Below the pieces are notes generated by a model. The model searched no databases, was not told the origin of the DNA, and saw only the letters and a program-made list of their open reading frames with translations. Below are positions 18,662 to 20,788 of a DNA stretch of 20,788 nt, piece after piece (within the stretch, counting starts at the first letter, position 1; every line of letters begins with the position of its first letter). Both the position numbers and the translations under genes were made by a program. This stretch comes from Armatimonadota bacterium (GTDB lineage: Bacteria; Armatimonadota; Armatimonadia; Armatimonadales; Armatimonadaceae). Where the stretch lies: the NCBI GenBank assembly GCA_043754515.1, contig JAYUUO010000302.1, positions 1-20,788 on the forward strand, given 5' to 3'.

Positions 18662-18774
18662 ATGATGATACCAAATTGATTGCTGTCGCGGAACGGCGTT
18701 CCGGACAACCGCCGGAGCGGGCTGAGAATGTCGGGGCGTCTCGACGCCCCCGAAGACGATAAGGATTTACTACG

Positions 18775-19251
18775 CTACGCGAATAGGTTCCGCCCGCGCG
18801 TCATTGTAATCGGGTCGGGCGGAGCGCGGGCGGGGAGTCGCCGCGAGGCATGGCGGCAGATCGCGGGCCGCGTCCGTTCGGGCACGACCGCGACGGGCGG
18901 AACGGTGGCGAGAGGCGGTAGCACCGCAACGGCGGTGGCTGCGGCGAACACGGAGCACGCGCTCACCGGGTCCGGCGTCGGCTCGTCGCTCGGCGACAGG
19001 GTGCCGACTTGCGCGGAGGCGGTCTCGCCGCTACCGCCCGACAGAGGGCGCGTCGTCTCTATCGGCGACGCGTCGAGCACCCTCTCTATATGGGCGGGTA
19101 GCGCGACGCCGTTGCGGGCGAGGACATGGGCGAACGCGCGGGCGGTATCCGGCGACAGTAGGAGCAACACGGACAGGAGCGCGGCGAGAACGCTCGCGCT
19201 CACTGGTTGCCCACGGTGGGTATTTTGTTGTCGCGCCCAGGAAACGTACAT
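18775..19251 (-). CDS. secA upstream ORF: signal peptide + C-terminal RAPP motif, candidate translation-arrest (secretion monitor) peptide (about 158 aa)
   Basis: Co-oriented, ending 113 nt upstream of secA; hydrophobic core VSASVLAALLSVLLLLSP then ARA; low-complexity linker; RAPP encoded at 18828-18817 (CGC GCT CCG CCC), 13 codons before the stop. Start at 19251 (ATG) or 19296 (GTG). Confidence 0.72.
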   Translation of the reverse strand: MYVSWARQQNTHRGQPVSASVLAALLSVLLLLSPDTARAFAHVLARNGVALPAHIERVLDASPIETTRPLSGGSGETASAQVGTLSPSDEPTPDPVSACSVFAAATAVAVLPPLATVPPVAVVPERTRPAICRHASRRLPARAPPDPITMTRGRNLFA

Positions 19252-19524
19252 AATGCAGAGCGAATTACGCGTGGCTTGCGTTCGCGGTTCCCTCACTGTA
19301 TCACGCGGCGTTCCGCGTGTCCCCGTTTGTGTTCGCCTCCGCTTCTTCGACGTTTATCCGCTAAACAAAAATGTTAAATATATTTTCTTTTAATCGATTG
19401 AATTATTTGCGGGGATTTCGCGGCGTGATATATTGGGTGTGGACGAAAGTCCGGTCAAGTCGGGGGGACCCTTCGTGATCAATTCATTTATCCTATATCC
19501 ATCATCCGAAAGGTGAGCAACTCA

Positions 19525-20481
19525 ATGAGCTCCATTTTCAACAAGGGACGACGTTCGGGCTTTACGCTTATCGAACTCCTCGTCGTTATCGCTATCATCG
19601 CCATCCTCGCCGCGATTCTGTTCCCGGTGTTCGCTAAGGCCCGCGCCAAGGCCCGCCAGGCGTCCGACGCTTCCAACCAGAAGCAGATTGCTCTCGGTTT
19701 CATTCAGTACATCCAGGACTACGACGAGAAGTTCCCGCCGACCTTCAGCCTGATTACCGCTAACGGTACCCCGAATGTCATAGTCAACTGGGGCGTGGAT
19801 TACTCGGTCGGCACTGCTGGTGGCACCACTGTCATCGTTCCTAGCTTGCTCTCGACCTACCTGAAGTCAAACCAACTGATGCAAGATCCGTCCGGCCCTC
19901 GCCCCGGTGGTACGCTCACTGGGACCGGTGGTAACACGATCAACGACTACCTTTACAACGACTACCTTGCGGGTAAGTCCCAGGCAGCGGCTGCAGCGGT
20001 TTCCTCCACTGTTCTTACCGTGAACTCCGATGGTGTTGACCCCCGCGCTGTGAACACCGCGACTGGCGCGGCCTACACCCCGCCGGCTGCTGGTACCAAG
20101 CTCGGGATGGGCGTAGGACATGCGGTAGGCTCGGTGGGCGCGGTTGCCGCGACTGACCCGACGGTAGTTGGTGGTAATGCGGCAACCCGCGACGTCTTGT
20201 CGCCGACTGCCTTGTCCCGCCACAGCGACGGCGCGAACTTCTCGTACGTCGACGGTCACGTGAAGTGGTCGAAGGTTGTTGTCAGCACCGTTGATGGTTC
20301 GACCAACAAGGGCGTCTACTTCCCGGCCCGCGCCAACACAGCGACCTCGGCAGCGACTGGCACCGCCCCTGCTGGTGGCACGAATGGTACCGGCGCGACT
20401 GCACCGTGTGCGACCACGAACTACGAGCCGGTTCCCGGCGGCGATATGTGCCAGTTCGGTGGTACGTTCCACCTGAACTAG
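19525..20481 (+). CDS. Prepilin-type N-terminal cleavage/methylation protein with DUF1559-like region and H-X9-DG motif (318 aa)
   Basis: RRSG/FTLIELLVVIAIIAILAAILFPVFAKARAKARQ, SNQKQIALGFIQYIQDYDEKFP, RHSDGANFSYVDGHVKW; AAGGTGAG RBS before ATG 19525. Confidence 0.96.
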   Translation: MSSIFNKGRRSGFTLIELLVVIAIIAILAAILFPVFAKARAKARQASDASNQKQIALGFIQYIQDYDEKFPPTFSLITANGTPNVIVNWGVDYSVGTAGGTTVIVPSLLSTYLKSNQLMQDPSGPRPGGTLTGTGGNTINDYLYNDYLAGKSQAAAAAVSSTVLTVNSDGVDPRAVNTATGAAYTPPAAGTKLGMGVGHAVGSVGAVAATDPTVVGGNAATRDVLSPTALSRHSDGANFSYVDGHVKWSKVVVSTVDGSTNKGVYFPARANTATSAATGTAPAGGTNGTGATAPCATTNYEPVPGGDMCQFGGTFHLN

Positions 20482-20514
20482 GTTCTTCGGAACCGCGTTC
20501 ACTAAGGAAACGCG

Positions 20515-20554
20515 AAGTCCCCGTTCTCGAAAGAGAGCGGGGACTTTTCCTTTT
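20515..20554 (+). terminator. Intrinsic terminator of the prepilin gene
   Basis: AAGTCCCCGTTCTC-gaaa-GAGAGCGGGGACTT stem (includes G-U pairing) followed by TTCCTTTT. Confidence 0.9.
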
Positions 20555-20597
20555 GTCGGTTGACCTGGCTCATCTTGTCACGCCTCGCTAGTTCGTC

Positions 20598-20788
20598 CTC
20601 CCGCGCCCGTGGTGCCTGACACCGGTGGAGGGGCACCTTGCTCCTCCGGCCTCCCCCCCTCGAACGCCTGAGACCGGGAGAGTCTTGCCCGCCTCCCGCG
20701 CCCCCTAGCCCGGAACCGGTAACAGCTGGCTTCGCTCTTCGGACTCCCACCGCGCTAGCCCGAACACCGGTAGAGTTTCCTCTCGCTC
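20598..20788. repeat. Degenerate tandem repeat tract, at least 4 units of 42-53 bp, running to the window end
   Basis: CTCCC at 20598, 20651, 20693 and 20744, each followed 22-23 nt later by ACCGG (20621, 20673, 20715, 20766) and preceded there by GCCYG. Confidence 0.6.

Noticed and set aside
18680..19393. 237-aa plus-strand ORF upstream of secA
   Set aside because: Low-complexity antisense frame; the minus-strand ORF has a signal peptide, the RAPP motif and secA co-orientation.

Overview
GC-rich bacterial chromosomal window. The prepilin/H-X9-DG protein and an insert-rich SecA suggest an Armatimonadota-like organism, but this is inference only. In order along the window: a CRISPR array (7 identical 30-bp repeats plus a 7-nt stump, 7 spacers of 36-39 nt, probable leader at left, no cas genes in view); an orphan secreted-protein gene; an LptA/OstA-like gene coupled to what looks like a catalytically dead PTS enzyme I derivative; a GT-C-like membrane protein; a DUF2945 protein; a membrane-anchored solute-binding protein behind pho-box-like repeats; a ParB protein with an 8-Cys tail, divergent from a ParA plus small RHH-like partner, with three consensus sigma54 sites around them (one antisense to the ParB gene); a frameshifted membrane-anchored PLD/Nuc nuclease; an aldo/keto reductase; a nucleoside-hydrolase-fold protein; a ParE-type toxin-antitoxin pair; secA preceded by a signal-peptide ORF with a C-terminal RAPP motif; a prepilin gene; and a degenerate repeat tract at the right edge. 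The best candidates for new biology are the RAPP uORF-secA unit (a possible SecM-like arrest peptide), the sigma54-wired ParB-Cys/ParA/RHH locus and the pseudo-enzyme I. All family calls come from motif recognition by eye; no database searches were run.
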